Positions 9,537-19,208 of a stretch of 44,607 nucleotides of DNA are shown here, in pieces. Made by a program: the position numbers and the translations under genes. The number at the start of each line of letters is the position of its first letter. Position 1 is the first letter of the stretch. Origin of the DNA: Bacteroidota bacterium (GTDB lineage: Bacteria > Bacteroidota > Bacteroidia > AKYH767-A > 2013-40CM-41-45); contig JBDKJS010000213.1 in the NCBI GenBank assembly GCA_039806065.1, positions 1-44,607 on the forward strand, given 5' to 3'. The notes under the pieces are model-generated. The model was not told the origin of the DNA and did no database searches. It saw only the letters and a list, made by a program, of their open reading frames with translations.

Positions 9537-10916
9537 ATGTCCGGTCAAAGTAAAAAATTTTTAGCCGATGCTGAACTCAAAGCCTTCAACGATGAGCACA
9601 GGCGAAAACTTGCCTTCAACATTTTGCAATACGACAAAAAAGTTGATGATGGTAAAAAACAGTATGATGATTTAGAGCTTGCCAAATACAGAGCTTCTGC
9701 CATCAAAACCAGAACTATTGAAAATTTAGACAAATATGTAATAGAGTTTGAGGCCAATTTCACCAAAAGAGGAGGAAAGGTAATTTGGGCATGCAATGCT
9801 GAAGAAGCCAATGCTGAAGTGCTAAAAATAATGCAAGCAGCCAATGCCCGCACTGTTGTGAAAAGTAAAAGTATGACTACCGAGGAAATACATGTAAACA
9901 GTGCATTGGAAAAAGCTGGAATAGAATCTTTAGAAACCGATTTGGGGGAATATATAGTTCAACTACGCGATGAAACGCCCTACCACATTGTAACTCCGGC
10001 AATGCACCTTAGCAAGGAGGATGTAGCTAAAACTTTTAATGAAAAATTTAATCTGCCTATTGAAAGCACGCCAAAGGAAATTACCGCTTGGGTAAGAGAT
10101 TTGCTTCGTGTTAAGTACCAACAAGCTGATGTAGGAATTACCGGGGTTAATTTTATTATTGCCGATACTGGGGCCATTGCTATTACCGAGAATGAAGGCA
10201 ATGCAATGATGACAGTAGCTTGCCCTAAAATCCACATTGCTATCGCAGGTATTGAAAAGATCATTCCTTCAATTAATGATCTCGACTTATTTTGGCCCCT
10301 CCTTGCTGTGCATGGTACTGGACAAAATGTAACCGTTTACAACAGTATTTGTACTGGCCCTAAACAAGATGGAGAGCCTGATGGCCCTGAAGAAATGTAT
10401 GTTATACTTTTAGATAATGGTAGAACTAATTTATTGGCTCAGAAAGATCAACGACAAGCACTCAATTGCATAAGATGTGGCGCCTGCCTTAATGGTTGCC
10501 CTATTTATAAAGGTGTAGGGGGGCACAGCTATGGTTCAACTTATAGCGGGCCCATTGGTTCGGTTATCACACCACACTATAAGGGAATGGAAGAATTCAA
10601 GCATCTTAGCTTTGCTTCTTCGCTCTGTGGAAAATGCACAGAGGTGTGTCCAGTAAAAATAGAATTACACAAGTTATTGTTGCTTAACAGACGCGATAGT
10701 GTAAACAGTGGACTCAATAAAACTTCGGAAGCATTTTCTTTTTTCCTTTGGAAGAAAGCAATGCTTAGCCGACAACTAATGAATGCCGGTACAGCTAGTA
10801 TTAAAAATACAGTACTGCAAACATTATTTAAAAAGCAGTGGGGAAGTAGAAGAACCATGCCAGAAGTTAAAAAATCTTTCAACCAGCTTTGGAAAGAAAG
10901 AAATGCTACCAAATAA
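9537..10916 (+). CDS. lutB: Lactate utilization Fe-S protein B (LutB/LldF/YkgF family)
   Basis: KSKSMTTEE, ETDLGEYIVQL, HIVTPAMH, ENEGN, LDNGR, CIRCGACLNGCP and SSLCGKCTEVCP ferredoxin motifs. Confidence 0.9.
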   Translation: MSGQSKKFLADAELKAFNDEHRRKLAFNILQYDKKVDDGKKQYDDLELAKYRASAIKTRTIENLDKYVIEFEANFTKRGGKVIWACNAEEANAEVLKIMQAANARTVVKSKSMTTEEIHVNSALEKAGIESLETDLGEYIVQLRDETPYHIVTPAMHLSKEDVAKTFNEKFNLPIESTPKEITAWVRDLLRVKYQQADVGITGVNFIIADTGAIAITENEGNAMMTVACPKIHIAIAGIEKIIPSINDLDLFWPLLAVHGTGQNVTVYNSICTGPKQDGEPDGPEEMYVILLDNGRTNLLAQKDQRQALNCIRCGACLNGCPIYKGVGGHSYGSTYSGPIGSVITPHYKGMEEFKHLSFASSLCGKCTEVCPVKIELHKLLLLNRRDSVNSGLNKTSEAFSFFLWKKAMLSRQLMNAGTASIKNTVLQTLFKKQWGSRRTMPEVKKSFNQLWKERNATK

Positions 10917-10926
10917 TTGAGTGCTC

Positions 10927-10968
10927 AAAATAAAAAAGCCGGTCGTTTAATACCGGCTTTATTTTTTT
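10927..10968. terminator. Bidirectional intrinsic terminator between convergent lutB and pdhC
   Basis: Stem AAAGCCGGT (10935-10943)/ACCGGCTTT (10952-10960), with an A tract on the left and a T tract on the right. Confidence 0.85.
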
Positions 10969-10980
10969 AGATTTAGCGGG

Positions 10981-12258
10981 TTATATGTTGCCTTGACCAA
11001 GCATTAATAACGGTTCTTCTAAGAAAGTTTTTAGGGTATTTAGAAATGAAGCACCCGTTGCACCATCAACTACTCTATGATCACAACTCAAGGTAACTTT
11101 CATTTCATGCCCCACTTGCAATTCCCCATTTTTTACAACAGCCTTTTCTAAAATACCTCCTACAGCAAGAATACACGCATCAGGCGGATTAATAATGGCT
11201 GTAAACTCTTCAATCCCATACATTCCAAGGTTTGAAATTGTAAAAGTATTCCCCTCCCAGTCTGCTGGTTGCAATTTTTTATCTTTTGCGCGTTTTGCAT
11301 AATCTTTTACTTCTGCATTAATTTGGCTCAAAGTTTTTCCATCGGCATATCTTACTACCGGCACCAACAATCCTTCATCAACCGCTACAGCTATTCCCAC
11401 ATTTACATGATGATTTGTTCTAATAGTTTCGCCAAGCCAACTACTATTTACCTTAGGATGCTGTTTAAGTGACATGGCCACCGCTTTCACAACAAAATCA
11501 TTAAAAGATATTTTTAATCCATAAGCCTCATTAATCCGGCCTCTTGTGTTCACAATAGCATCCATATTAATACTCATGGTTAAGTAAAAATGAGGAGCTG
11601 TAAACATGCTTTCACTTAATCGCTTGGCAATAGTTTTGCGCATTTGCGATACTGGCGTGTCATCAAATTTTACTTGTGTTAAAGCATTAGATGTAGCACT
11701 TGAAGCCACAAATGATCCCGGTTTATACCAATCAATGTCACGCTTCACGATTCTACCTTCTAATCCACTGCCTGCTACGGTATTTAGGTTAATTCCCTTT
11801 TCGGCTGCTAATTTTTTAGCGAGTGGCGAAACTTTCATTCTACCATCACTACTGGCCACTGGGTTAGAAGCGGTTGCTACTGTAGTAACAACGGTGGAAG
11901 AAGATGTCACACTCGGCTCTTTTGCTGGAGCTACTGAAGTTGGTGTAGCATTGGGCGCGGGAGCAACTACTTCTGCTACCTTGGATTTTTCGGCTTCTAA
12001 TAGTTTATTAAAATCTTCTCCTTCACTGCCCAGTATGGCTAATATTCCATCTACCGGTGCAGCCTTACCTTCTTCTACGCCACGGTATAACAATACACCC
12101 TCTTGGAATGATTCAAATTCCATGGTGGCCTTATCAGTTTCTATCTCAGCAACTAATTCTCCGGTTTTAATTTTTTCGCCTATTTTTTTATGCCATTTTG
12201 CTACCACGCCCTCTGTCATGGTATCACTCATCTTTGGCATGCGCACTATTTCTGCCAT
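10981..12258 (-). CDS. pdhC: Pyruvate dehydrogenase E2, dihydrolipoamide acetyltransferase
   Basis: One lipoyl domain (IETDKATME), E3-binding SPLAKKLA..G.GRI, catalytic DHRVVDG. Confidence 0.95.
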   Translation of the reverse strand: MAEIVRMPKMSDTMTEGVVAKWHKKIGEKIKTGELVAEIETDKATMEFESFQEGVLLYRGVEEGKAAPVDGILAILGSEGEDFNKLLEAEKSKVAEVVAPAPNATPTSVAPAKEPSVTSSSTVVTTVATASNPVASSDGRMKVSPLAKKLAAEKGINLNTVAGSGLEGRIVKRDIDWYKPGSFVASSATSNALTQVKFDDTPVSQMRKTIAKRLSESMFTAPHFYLTMSINMDAIVNTRGRINEAYGLKISFNDFVVKAVAMSLKQHPKVNSSWLGETIRTNHHVNVGIAVAVDEGLLVPVVRYADGKTLSQINAEVKDYAKRAKDKKLQPADWEGNTFTISNLGMYGIEEFTAIINPPDACILAVGGILEKAVVKNGELQVGHEMKVTLSCDHRVVDGATGASFLNTLKTFLEEPLLMLGQGNI

Positions 12259-12311
12259 GGTATATTGATTGTTTTTATATTAAAATAATTTTATTGATCC
12301 CTAATTGTAAT

Positions 12312-13343
12312 TTATTCCTTAATATAAGGGTAATCTGATTGTACATATACGTCCTTAAAGAGTTCTGAAGGATCAGGCCAAGGCGACTCTTCTGAAAACT
12401 TTACTGAATCTTCTACCACATCAGTGACCCTTTTTACTATGGCTGCAAGTTCACTCTCATTCGCAAATTTATTGTCAGTAATAATTTTCAATACATCTTC
12501 AATTGGATCTTGAGCTTTATAGGATTCTACCTCTTCTTTGGTTCTATATTTAGCGGGGTCACTCATGGAATGGCCTTTGTATCTATAAGTTTTCATTTCC
12601 AATAAATAAGGTCCATTGCCATTGCGTGCATGATTGATGGCTCGCTCCATAGCTGCATGTACTGCTTCCACATCCATACCATCCACTGCTTCTGCTGGCA
12701 TATCATAACTTTCGCCAATGGTATATAGGTCATGCACATTGCTTGTACGCTCTACCGATGTTCCCATTGCATAGGCATTATTTTCTATCACATATACTAC
12801 TGGGAGTTTCCATAACATGGCCATGTTAAAAGCCTCGTGTAATGCTCCCTGCCTTACTGCACCATCTCCCATATAGCACACTGTAATTAAATCTTTACCA
12901 AGGTATTGATCGGCCATTGCAATGCCTGCACCTAATGGGATTTGACCGCCCACTATACCGTGACCTCCAAAAAATTTAGTTGCAGCATCAAACATGTGCA
13001 TTGATCCTCCTTTGCCTTTTGAACATCCGGTAGCTTTGCCATAGAGCTCGGCCATTACTGCTCTGGCTGTAACACCCTTGGCCAATGCATGTGCGTGATC
13101 GCGATAGGCGGTGATCATGTTATCTTCAGCGCGCATGGCACTTATTGCCCCGGCCACTACTGCCTCTTGACCTATGTATAGATGGCAAAATCCTTTGATC
13201 TTTTGCATGCCATACAATTGGCCCGCCCGCTCTTCAAATCTTCGCATTAAGAGCATGTCTTCATACCATTTTAAGTATTGATCTTTAGCATATTTTGGCT
13301 TTAGTCCAGCTTTCTTTTTAGATGGTGTTTTGATCTCTGTCAT
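12312..13343 (-). CDS. pdhA: Pyruvate dehydrogenase E1 alpha subunit
   Basis: GFCHLYIGQEA, GKGGSMH, ThDP motif GDGA...ENN, YRYKGHSMSDP. Confidence 0.96.
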   Translation of the reverse strand: MTEIKTPSKKKAGLKPKYAKDQYLKWYEDMLLMRRFEERAGQLYGMQKIKGFCHLYIGQEAVVAGAISAMRAEDNMITAYRDHAHALAKGVTARAVMAELYGKATGCSKGKGGSMHMFDAATKFFGGHGIVGGQIPLGAGIAMADQYLGKDLITVCYMGDGAVRQGALHEAFNMAMLWKLPVVYVIENNAYAMGTSVERTSNVHDLYTIGESYDMPAEAVDGMDVEAVHAAMERAINHARNGNGPYLLEMKTYRYKGHSMSDPAKYRTKEEVESYKAQDPIEDVLKIITDNKFANESELAAIVKRVTDVVEDSVKFSEESPWPDPSELFKDVYVQSDYPYIKE

Positions 13344-13362
13344 TGGATTTTAAATTGCGTTA

Positions 13363-13370
13363 CAAATATA
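13363..13370 (-). promoter_or_regulatory. -7 promoter element for pdhA-pdhC
   Basis: Reverse complement TATATTTG about 20 nt upstream of the pdhA start. Confidence 0.6.
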
Positions 13371-13403
13371 AGTTTTTTTCTAGTGATTGCAGATTGTAAA
13401 AAT

Positions 13404-13940
13404 TTATCTAGCCCCATTGCTAAAGCTTTGGTTAAAAGCCTGTGATTCTCCTTTGGCAATACTCAATTGGGCAAAGTTATTTCCCTTTAATAATTTGGCC
13501 AGGTAAACTATTTGCCCACAGTGATAACTGTGATGTGCTAGCTGTCGCAGGATGGCTTGCAGTACGGTGTGGTGTTCGCCTCTGATGGTTACTGTTTTTA
13601 ACAAATCAGGCGTAGTAAGGTTGGTGGTAATTTGGAATAATGCGGCCCATCCTTCTTCCCATAATTGGTAGATTTTTTTTCGATCCCTCCATTCGTCTAC
13701 AAATTCGGAATCTCGGTTTCGCCAAGGTTTTTCCCCATCAGAGGTGTAAAAGTTAATAAATCGCGATTGTAAATTTCCTCCCATGTGATGCATGATCATT
13801 GCAACACTATTATCACTTGGGCTTGCTTGATGATTCCACTCTTGATCGGTAAGTTGTTTGGCAGCTTTTTCAGATAAAGACTTATATTGTTCGAATAGGT
13901 GATGAACCGTAAGACAAAAGTTTTCTCCTTCTTGTATCAT
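13404..13940 (-). CDS. DUF1572 / DinB-superfamily protein
   Basis: NSVAMIMHHMGGNLQSRF..F...DGEKPWRNRDSEF and RQLAHHSYHCGQIV His motifs. Confidence 0.85.
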   Translation of the reverse strand: MIQEGENFCLTVHHLFEQYKSLSEKAAKQLTDQEWNHQASPSDNSVAMIMHHMGGNLQSRFINFYTSDGEKPWRNRDSEFVDEWRDRKKIYQLWEEGWAALFQITTNLTTPDLLKTVTIRGEHHTVLQAILRQLAHHSYHCGQIVYLAKLLKGNNFAQLSIAKGESQAFNQSFSNGAR

Positions 13941-13964
13941 TTTACAGTTGCTTAAATGGTTGAT

Positions 13965-14459
13965 TTATATTTTGACTTGTAAATCATCTGCCTTAAATTG
14001 ATAGGGCAAAAAATTTGCAATAGTGTCTGTGACCAGTACCTTACCATGTTCTCCCATCATGATGATTTTGATTTTTGATTGATGCCTGTTTTCATACTCT
14101 GCTATTGCCTGCCGGCAAGCGCCACATGGGGTTATTGGTTTATGAATGTCAAATTGACGAGAGAATGCTGTAATGGCAATTGCCTTTATCTTAATTCCTG
14201 GATAATTTGCACCAGTGGCAAAAATGGCAACCCTTTCGGCACAGAGGCCTATTGGATAGCTAGCATTCTCCTGGTTATTGCCCTTTAATACCACTCCATT
14301 TTCAAGTAACACTGCTGCTCCCACATTGAATCGCGAATAGGGGGCATAGGCATCATTGGCTGCAGCCTGCGCCTGAAGCATCAAAAGCTGGTCTTCTTCA
14401 TTTAATTCGCCTAAATTATTGTATTCATCAAAAATGGATTGGAGTGTGATTTTTTGCAT
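13965..14459 (-). CDS. cdd: Cytidine deaminase
   Basis: AYAPYSRFNVGAA, NQENASYP.GLCAERVA, PCGACRQ zinc motifs. Confidence 0.94.
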   Translation of the reverse strand: MQKITLQSIFDEYNNLGELNEEDQLLMLQAQAAANDAYAPYSRFNVGAAVLLENGVVLKGNNQENASYPIGLCAERVAIFATGANYPGIKIKAIAITAFSRQFDIHKPITPCGACRQAIAEYENRHQSKIKIIMMGEHGKVLVTDTIANFLPYQFKADDLQVKI

Positions 14460-14622
14460 CGCGTGAATTTTGTTTAAAAGTACGTTTTTTTAATTTATGT
14501 ACAAGGCCATTTTAGCATGAACTCCATTTCTTGAATACAATTAAGTGGCATATTTGGTGAAACTCACATACTTTTATAAATTGCCTCTGATTAATGATTG
14601 TTATATCCAAGCTATACCGCTA

Positions 14623-16548
14623 GTGTATTTTTTATCAAAGCATAAGCTACTTTATTTATCTACTGTATTTTTACTCTTAAAGTGTACCGCCCTGTGTGCA
14701 ATTGATAGTAAAGTCATTGCTATTAAAGGCTTGCCTCAACTTTCTATTAATACCGAACTGCAATATGCTATTACCGATGGCAATGATTTAAATATACCCC
14801 CTGATGATAACCAATTTAATATTGGTAATCAGTTTAATTTTTATCAAAATATCATTGAGTCGGATAAAAAATGTAATTGGTTACAACTTGAGTTAATTAA
14901 CAGTGAACCTAATAATCTAAAAGCCATTCTTAAGCTAAACATGTATGGTGAGGTTTTTATTTATAAACGTTTATCAAATAAAAGGTGGCAGCAAATTCAT
15001 AAGGGGGGAATTCTAAATATGAAATTGGTGCAACCTGATTTTACTGAAGCCATTTCGCTTGACCTTGTTTCAGGGTCAAATAAACTATTAATTGGCTTTA
15101 ATAATAATGGGTTTTTTCAACGCCCATTTAACTTAACTTTTTTTAATCAAAGTGATTTCGAATCGCAGCGATTGGCTTTCAACGACCAAAATAAAATTAA
15201 TTTTATCATTCAATTAGTATGCTTCTCTATTTTGTTTTTCCAGTTTATCTATCTCTTGTTTCAATATTTTATTATTCAAAAAGGTGAATATGTATTATAT
15301 CTGGTTTATTTACTTTTTATTTCATTGCACTTTTTAAGTGAAGCAGAATTTTCATTAGACATCCATTTGCTATTTGGATTGTGGCCTTTAAGTTATATTT
15401 ACTTAATGCATCTCTTGCCTTGGATTGCTATTGCTGTGTACCTGCAGTTTATAAAGTATTTTGGTGATCTGGAAAAAATAGATATGTCACTTTTCAGGTT
15501 CATTTCATATTGCCAAGTTTTTATGATTATCTATTTAACGGTTGATACTGTGTTTTTAATTTCAACAAAGTGGTTTATCACAATTGATTTAACATTCCGA
15601 TATATGAGTTTTGTACTCATTGCAATGGTTGCTTTTATTATTTTTAGACTTTATAAACTTCACAGTACCCTTCATAGCTTAGTTGGTGTAGGGTTACTGT
15701 GCCTTACCATAGGAGGAATGGTAAGTGTGTTATTATACAATAGTTATAATAACAATATATTTCAAACTAGGCTACATCCCATTTCATGGTTTGAGTTTGG
15801 GGCCCTTGCCGAACTTTTTTGCTTCTCCACGGCATTGGCATATAAAAACAGAATTAACTCGAAAGAAATTTTTGAAGAACGAGAGGCAAAAATTGTAGCA
15901 TTAGAAAACAGACATCAAACTCAAATAAAGTATTATGAAGTAAGAGATAGAATAGCACGCGATTTGCATGATGAAATAGGTAGTAGCCTTGGTAGTGTGA
16001 ACCTATATACTGAAGCAGCCAAGAATAAAATTAAAGCACAGCAACATGAAGAGGCATTTCAAATATTGAGTAAAATAGCTCACATATCACGCGAGGTAAT
16101 GATTAAAATGAGTGACATAGTTTGGGGTCTTAATGCAAAGAATGATACTACTGATCAGTTATTTCAAAGAATGAATAGCTACTGTGCTGAAGTGCTTCCA
16201 ATGGCAAATATTGCTTTTAATATTCAAACACAGGCTGGAGTGGAACATATTTCGCTCGATATGGTAACTCGTAAAACGCTTTACCTAATTTTTAAGGAAG
16301 CCATTTACAATGCGGTGAAACATGCTGGTTGCAAAAGTGTTTTTATTTCTTGTAGTATCCATAATCAGCAACTCCAAATTAGAATAGCTGATGATGGCCG
16401 AGGATTCGATCAGCGATTACTCTTGACTGGAAATGGACTTCGAAATATGAAGGAGCGTGCATTGGAAATGAATGGAACCCTTTCTGTTAATACCAGTGCT
16501 GGGGCTGGTACCATAATTATTATTCAAGCACCTATATTGGAATTATGA
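14623..16548 (+). CDS. 7TM-DISM-type sensor histidine kinase (HisKA_3/NarX-like core)
   Basis: Signal-like N-terminus, extracytoplasmic domain, about 7 TM helices, H-box RIARDLHDEIG, N-box KEAIYNAVKHA, DDGRGF and GNGL.NM G-boxes. Start uncertain (GTG 14545 or 14623). Confidence 0.88.
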   Translation: MYFLSKHKLLYLSTVFLLLKCTALCAIDSKVIAIKGLPQLSINTELQYAITDGNDLNIPPDDNQFNIGNQFNFYQNIIESDKKCNWLQLELINSEPNNLKAILKLNMYGEVFIYKRLSNKRWQQIHKGGILNMKLVQPDFTEAISLDLVSGSNKLLIGFNNNGFFQRPFNLTFFNQSDFESQRLAFNDQNKINFIIQLVCFSILFFQFIYLLFQYFIIQKGEYVLYLVYLLFISLHFLSEAEFSLDIHLLFGLWPLSYIYLMHLLPWIAIAVYLQFIKYFGDLEKIDMSLFRFISYCQVFMIIYLTVDTVFLISTKWFITIDLTFRYMSFVLIAMVAFIIFRLYKLHSTLHSLVGVGLLCLTIGGMVSVLLYNSYNNNIFQTRLHPISWFEFGALAELFCFSTALAYKNRINSKEIFEEREAKIVALENRHQTQIKYYEVRDRIARDLHDEIGSSLGSVNLYTEAAKNKIKAQQHEEAFQILSKIAHISREVMIKMSDIVWGLNAKNDTTDQLFQRMNSYCAEVLPMANIAFNIQTQAGVEHISLDMVTRKTLYLIFKEAIYNAVKHAGCKSVFISCSIHNQQLQIRIADDGRGFDQRLLLTGNGLRNMKERALEMNGTLSVNTSAGAGTIIIIQAPILEL

Positions 16549-18653
16549 TTAATAACCATCGCAAGTTAATGGGAATAGTGTTTAGCGTATGGTTGTATTG
16601 CCTTACGATGTGCCAGAGCAATTGTCATGCTTATGAAGCTCACATCGAACTAAAGCGATTGCTTCATCAAAATTCAAAGGCTGCTATTGATAGTTCCACT
16701 TTACAAAAACTTTCCGACTTAATTTTTGAAAGCGAACTTAGCGAATCTAATGTTACCGGTTTTGCTCTTGCTATAGAAGAACATAAACAGCAATTACTTC
16801 AAAATAATTACAACTTATTGCGTAGTATCTTATTCCGAAATATCTATTATCGACCTTCTAAAGTTTCACATCTTTATAAAATTGCATACGGAAAACGATT
16901 GATCCAAGATTTGAGTAAACAACAATCATCATTAAATAACTACTTCCTGCAAAACGCCATTCAGGGAATTAGAGTGCCCTACAGAAATGGCGGGCTAATT
17001 AATGAAGGAATAAATTTTATAGTAGCGCAATTACAGTATTTTAAAAATATTAATGATAGCGAATCTGTAAGTAACTGTTACTATGTGTTAGCAGGTTTTT
17101 ATAGAGTACAAGGTCTTATAGATAGGGCAATTTATTTTCAAAAAAAATCTCTAAGTTATCTTACCTCTGATCAACTAGTGTTTGACAATATTCCATTTAT
17201 GCGTAACCTTAGTAGCATGCGTGGTATCGAAGCTAAAATTAATAGAAAGGCCGTACTCGCATTTATGTACGTATTACAAGATAGCTATCAAGATGCAAAC
17301 CGTGAGTTGCTTGAAGCATTGCAGTTATATAAATCTACCCAATTTGATAAAAGAATTAATGATGGTACATTTGTATTTCACCAGCTCGCAAGGTTAAAAA
17401 CATTGCGCAATGAAGATAGTGCAAGCTACTACTTCAATGTTTTTGATGAATACAACATCCGTAATGAGAATTATAACTTATACCGAGCACACATTAGCCA
17501 AGAAAATGCTTTTTACTACTACAAGCATGGTCAATATCAAAAGGCTGAAAGTTGTATAGCTGAATCAAAAAAAATAATTGACTCTTTAAGTATTCCTATT
17601 CAAACGGCTCCTGGATATTTACTTCCAGGGTACTATCATGCGTTGATTAAAACAGCAACAGGTTTGCATCTACAGGCCATTACATTACTACGAACAGAAA
17701 TAGAACAATTGAAAGCCGTGAATTTAAGAACTGAGATCTTGAAGGAACAATTGCTTTTGGCCGATTGCTATTCTAAAGCTAATCTGCCATTAATGGCTTA
17801 TGCTGTTATGCAAGATCACGCTTTACTTCAACAAGATATACTGTTAGAGCAAAATCAAAATAGAAGCCTTAGTTCAGAATTGGAGCGTGAACTTAATGAA
17901 AGAGAAATAGATTACAATAAAGTTCTTGTAGAGAATAGGTATATCAAACAATCGAGAATTTATATAATTATTTTTGCGGTGCTTATTATTTTAATCATCA
18001 TCATCTTATTGAATCGATATCAACAAAAGAAAGAAATGGCAATGGCTGCCATGCGTGAAAAACTCAGAAAGGAGTTAGACCAAGACATAGGTAGTGCACT
18101 TGGAAGTATTAGCTTGTATGCCGAAATAGTAGGGAAAAAAATTAGAGCAGGCCATACACCCGATGCTGAGGCCATCAGTAATAAAATAGGTGCCGTATCG
18201 CGCGATTCTGTAGACCAAATGAATGATATTATGTGGTCACTTAATACCAATCAAGATCATGGTCAAGCATTGCTACTAAAATTTCAAACTTATGTAGCCC
18301 AAATTGACTTCCAAAAGTTTAATTTTGTGTTTGAATCAAAGCAAGAATTTTCCAATACAAATATTTCAATGATCAATAGGCGATACCTGTACATGTTCTT
18401 CAAAACCATCGTCTCCCTTGCATCTAAATATCTTACCGCTGACAATGTTATTGTTAAACTTTCCACTTCTGGGCAATGGATAATACTAGATGTGAAGTTT
18501 GGTTCTAACAGCTTTAATTTTTCTACCCTATCGGAAATTGAAAAATCGGCTCTCGAAAATTTGTTAGTAAGGCTCAAAGATTTTGGTGGTCAATTACAGC
18601 ACAGCGGACAAATGGATACAAACTTTTCTGTTTCTATTCGCCTTCAAAATTAG
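16545..18653 (+). CDS. Periplasmic TPR-like sensor with degenerate histidine-kinase core (pseudokinase)
   Basis: Signal peptide, long helical TPR-like region, one TM (IYIIIFAVLIILIIIILL), HisKA_3-like RKELDQDIGSALGSI lacking the His, no recognisable N or G boxes. ATGA overlap with the upstream kinase. Confidence 0.75.
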   Translation: MINNHRKLMGIVFSVWLYCLTMCQSNCHAYEAHIELKRLLHQNSKAAIDSSTLQKLSDLIFESELSESNVTGFALAIEEHKQQLLQNNYNLLRSILFRNIYYRPSKVSHLYKIAYGKRLIQDLSKQQSSLNNYFLQNAIQGIRVPYRNGGLINEGINFIVAQLQYFKNINDSESVSNCYYVLAGFYRVQGLIDRAIYFQKKSLSYLTSDQLVFDNIPFMRNLSSMRGIEAKINRKAVLAFMYVLQDSYQDANRELLEALQLYKSTQFDKRINDGTFVFHQLARLKTLRNEDSASYYFNVFDEYNIRNENYNLYRAHISQENAFYYYKHGQYQKAESCIAESKKIIDSLSIPIQTAPGYLLPGYYHALIKTATGLHLQAITLLRTEIEQLKAVNLRTEILKEQLLLADCYSKANLPLMAYAVMQDHALLQQDILLEQNQNRSLSSELERELNEREIDYNKVLVENRYIKQSRIYIIIFAVLIILIIIILLNRYQQKKEMAMAAMREKLRKELDQDIGSALGSISLYAEIVGKKIRAGHTPDAEAISNKIGAVSRDSVDQMNDIMWSLNTNQDHGQALLLKFQTYVAQIDFQKFNFVFESKQEFSNTNISMINRRYLYMFFKTIVSLASKYLTADNVIVKLSTSGQWIILDVKFGSNSFNFSTLSEIEKSALENLLVRLKDFGGQLQHSGQMDTNFSVSIRLQN

Positions 18654-18786
18654 GCTTTTTAAAAAATTATCACTGTTTGCTACAACTTTTTATTCAAAAT
18701 TGCGTACTATTTTTTTATTCAATTATTAATCTATAATTCATTTTTAACCAATTTTGGGTTTGATTTTTGAAAAAACTATACAATTA

Positions 18787-19206
18787 ATGAAACAGCTAAT
18801 TTCCCTAACGCTATTTTTATCCATCATTTCAATGACCGCTTGTAAAAAAGAAGAAGGTCCAGGTGGTACTGCTTCCATAAAAGGAAAAGTTTTTTTGCAA
18901 GAATACAATTCATCTTTCACTAATATAACCACAGAATATTATGCGCCCGATGTAGATGTATTCATTATTTATGGAAATGAAGACAACATTTTTGATGATC
19001 GAACACGCACAAGTTATGATGGTAGTTTTCAATTTAAAAATTTGCAAAAGGGTGATTACCGAGTGTTTGCCTATTCCAAAGATTCTTCAGGGGCAGCTGA
19101 TGGTAACCCAACCGAACTCAATCCTGACAAAGCTATAATTAAAAGCATCAACATCGCATCCAATAAATCTGAAAACAACATAGGCGATATCATAATTCTC
19201 GACTAA
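18787..19206 (+). CDS. Lipoprotein with prealbumin/carboxypeptidase-regulatory-like beta-sandwich
   Basis: Lipobox SMTA-C followed by KKEE, resembling the Bacteroidota lipoprotein export signal. ASIKGKV ... TSYDGSFQFKNLQKGDYRVFAYS pattern. Confidence 0.75.
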   Translation: MKQLISLTLFLSIISMTACKKEEGPGGTASIKGKVFLQEYNSSFTNITTEYYAPDVDVFIIYGNEDNIFDDRTRTSYDGSFQFKNLQKGDYRVFAYSKDSSGAADGNPTELNPDKAIIKSINIASNKSENNIGDIIILD

Positions 19207-19208
19207 CA

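Noticed and set aside
11606-12268. 220-aa plus-strand ORF, and the other short antisense ORFs in the track
   Set aside because: Shadow frames opposite well-supported genes such as pdhC, with no recognisable motifs.
9537-13343. Missing pdhB and lutA/lutC, and the Ser at the start of the second LutB Fe-S motif
   Set aside because: Dispersed operons are common in Bacteroidota and the SSLC variant is usual in LutB.
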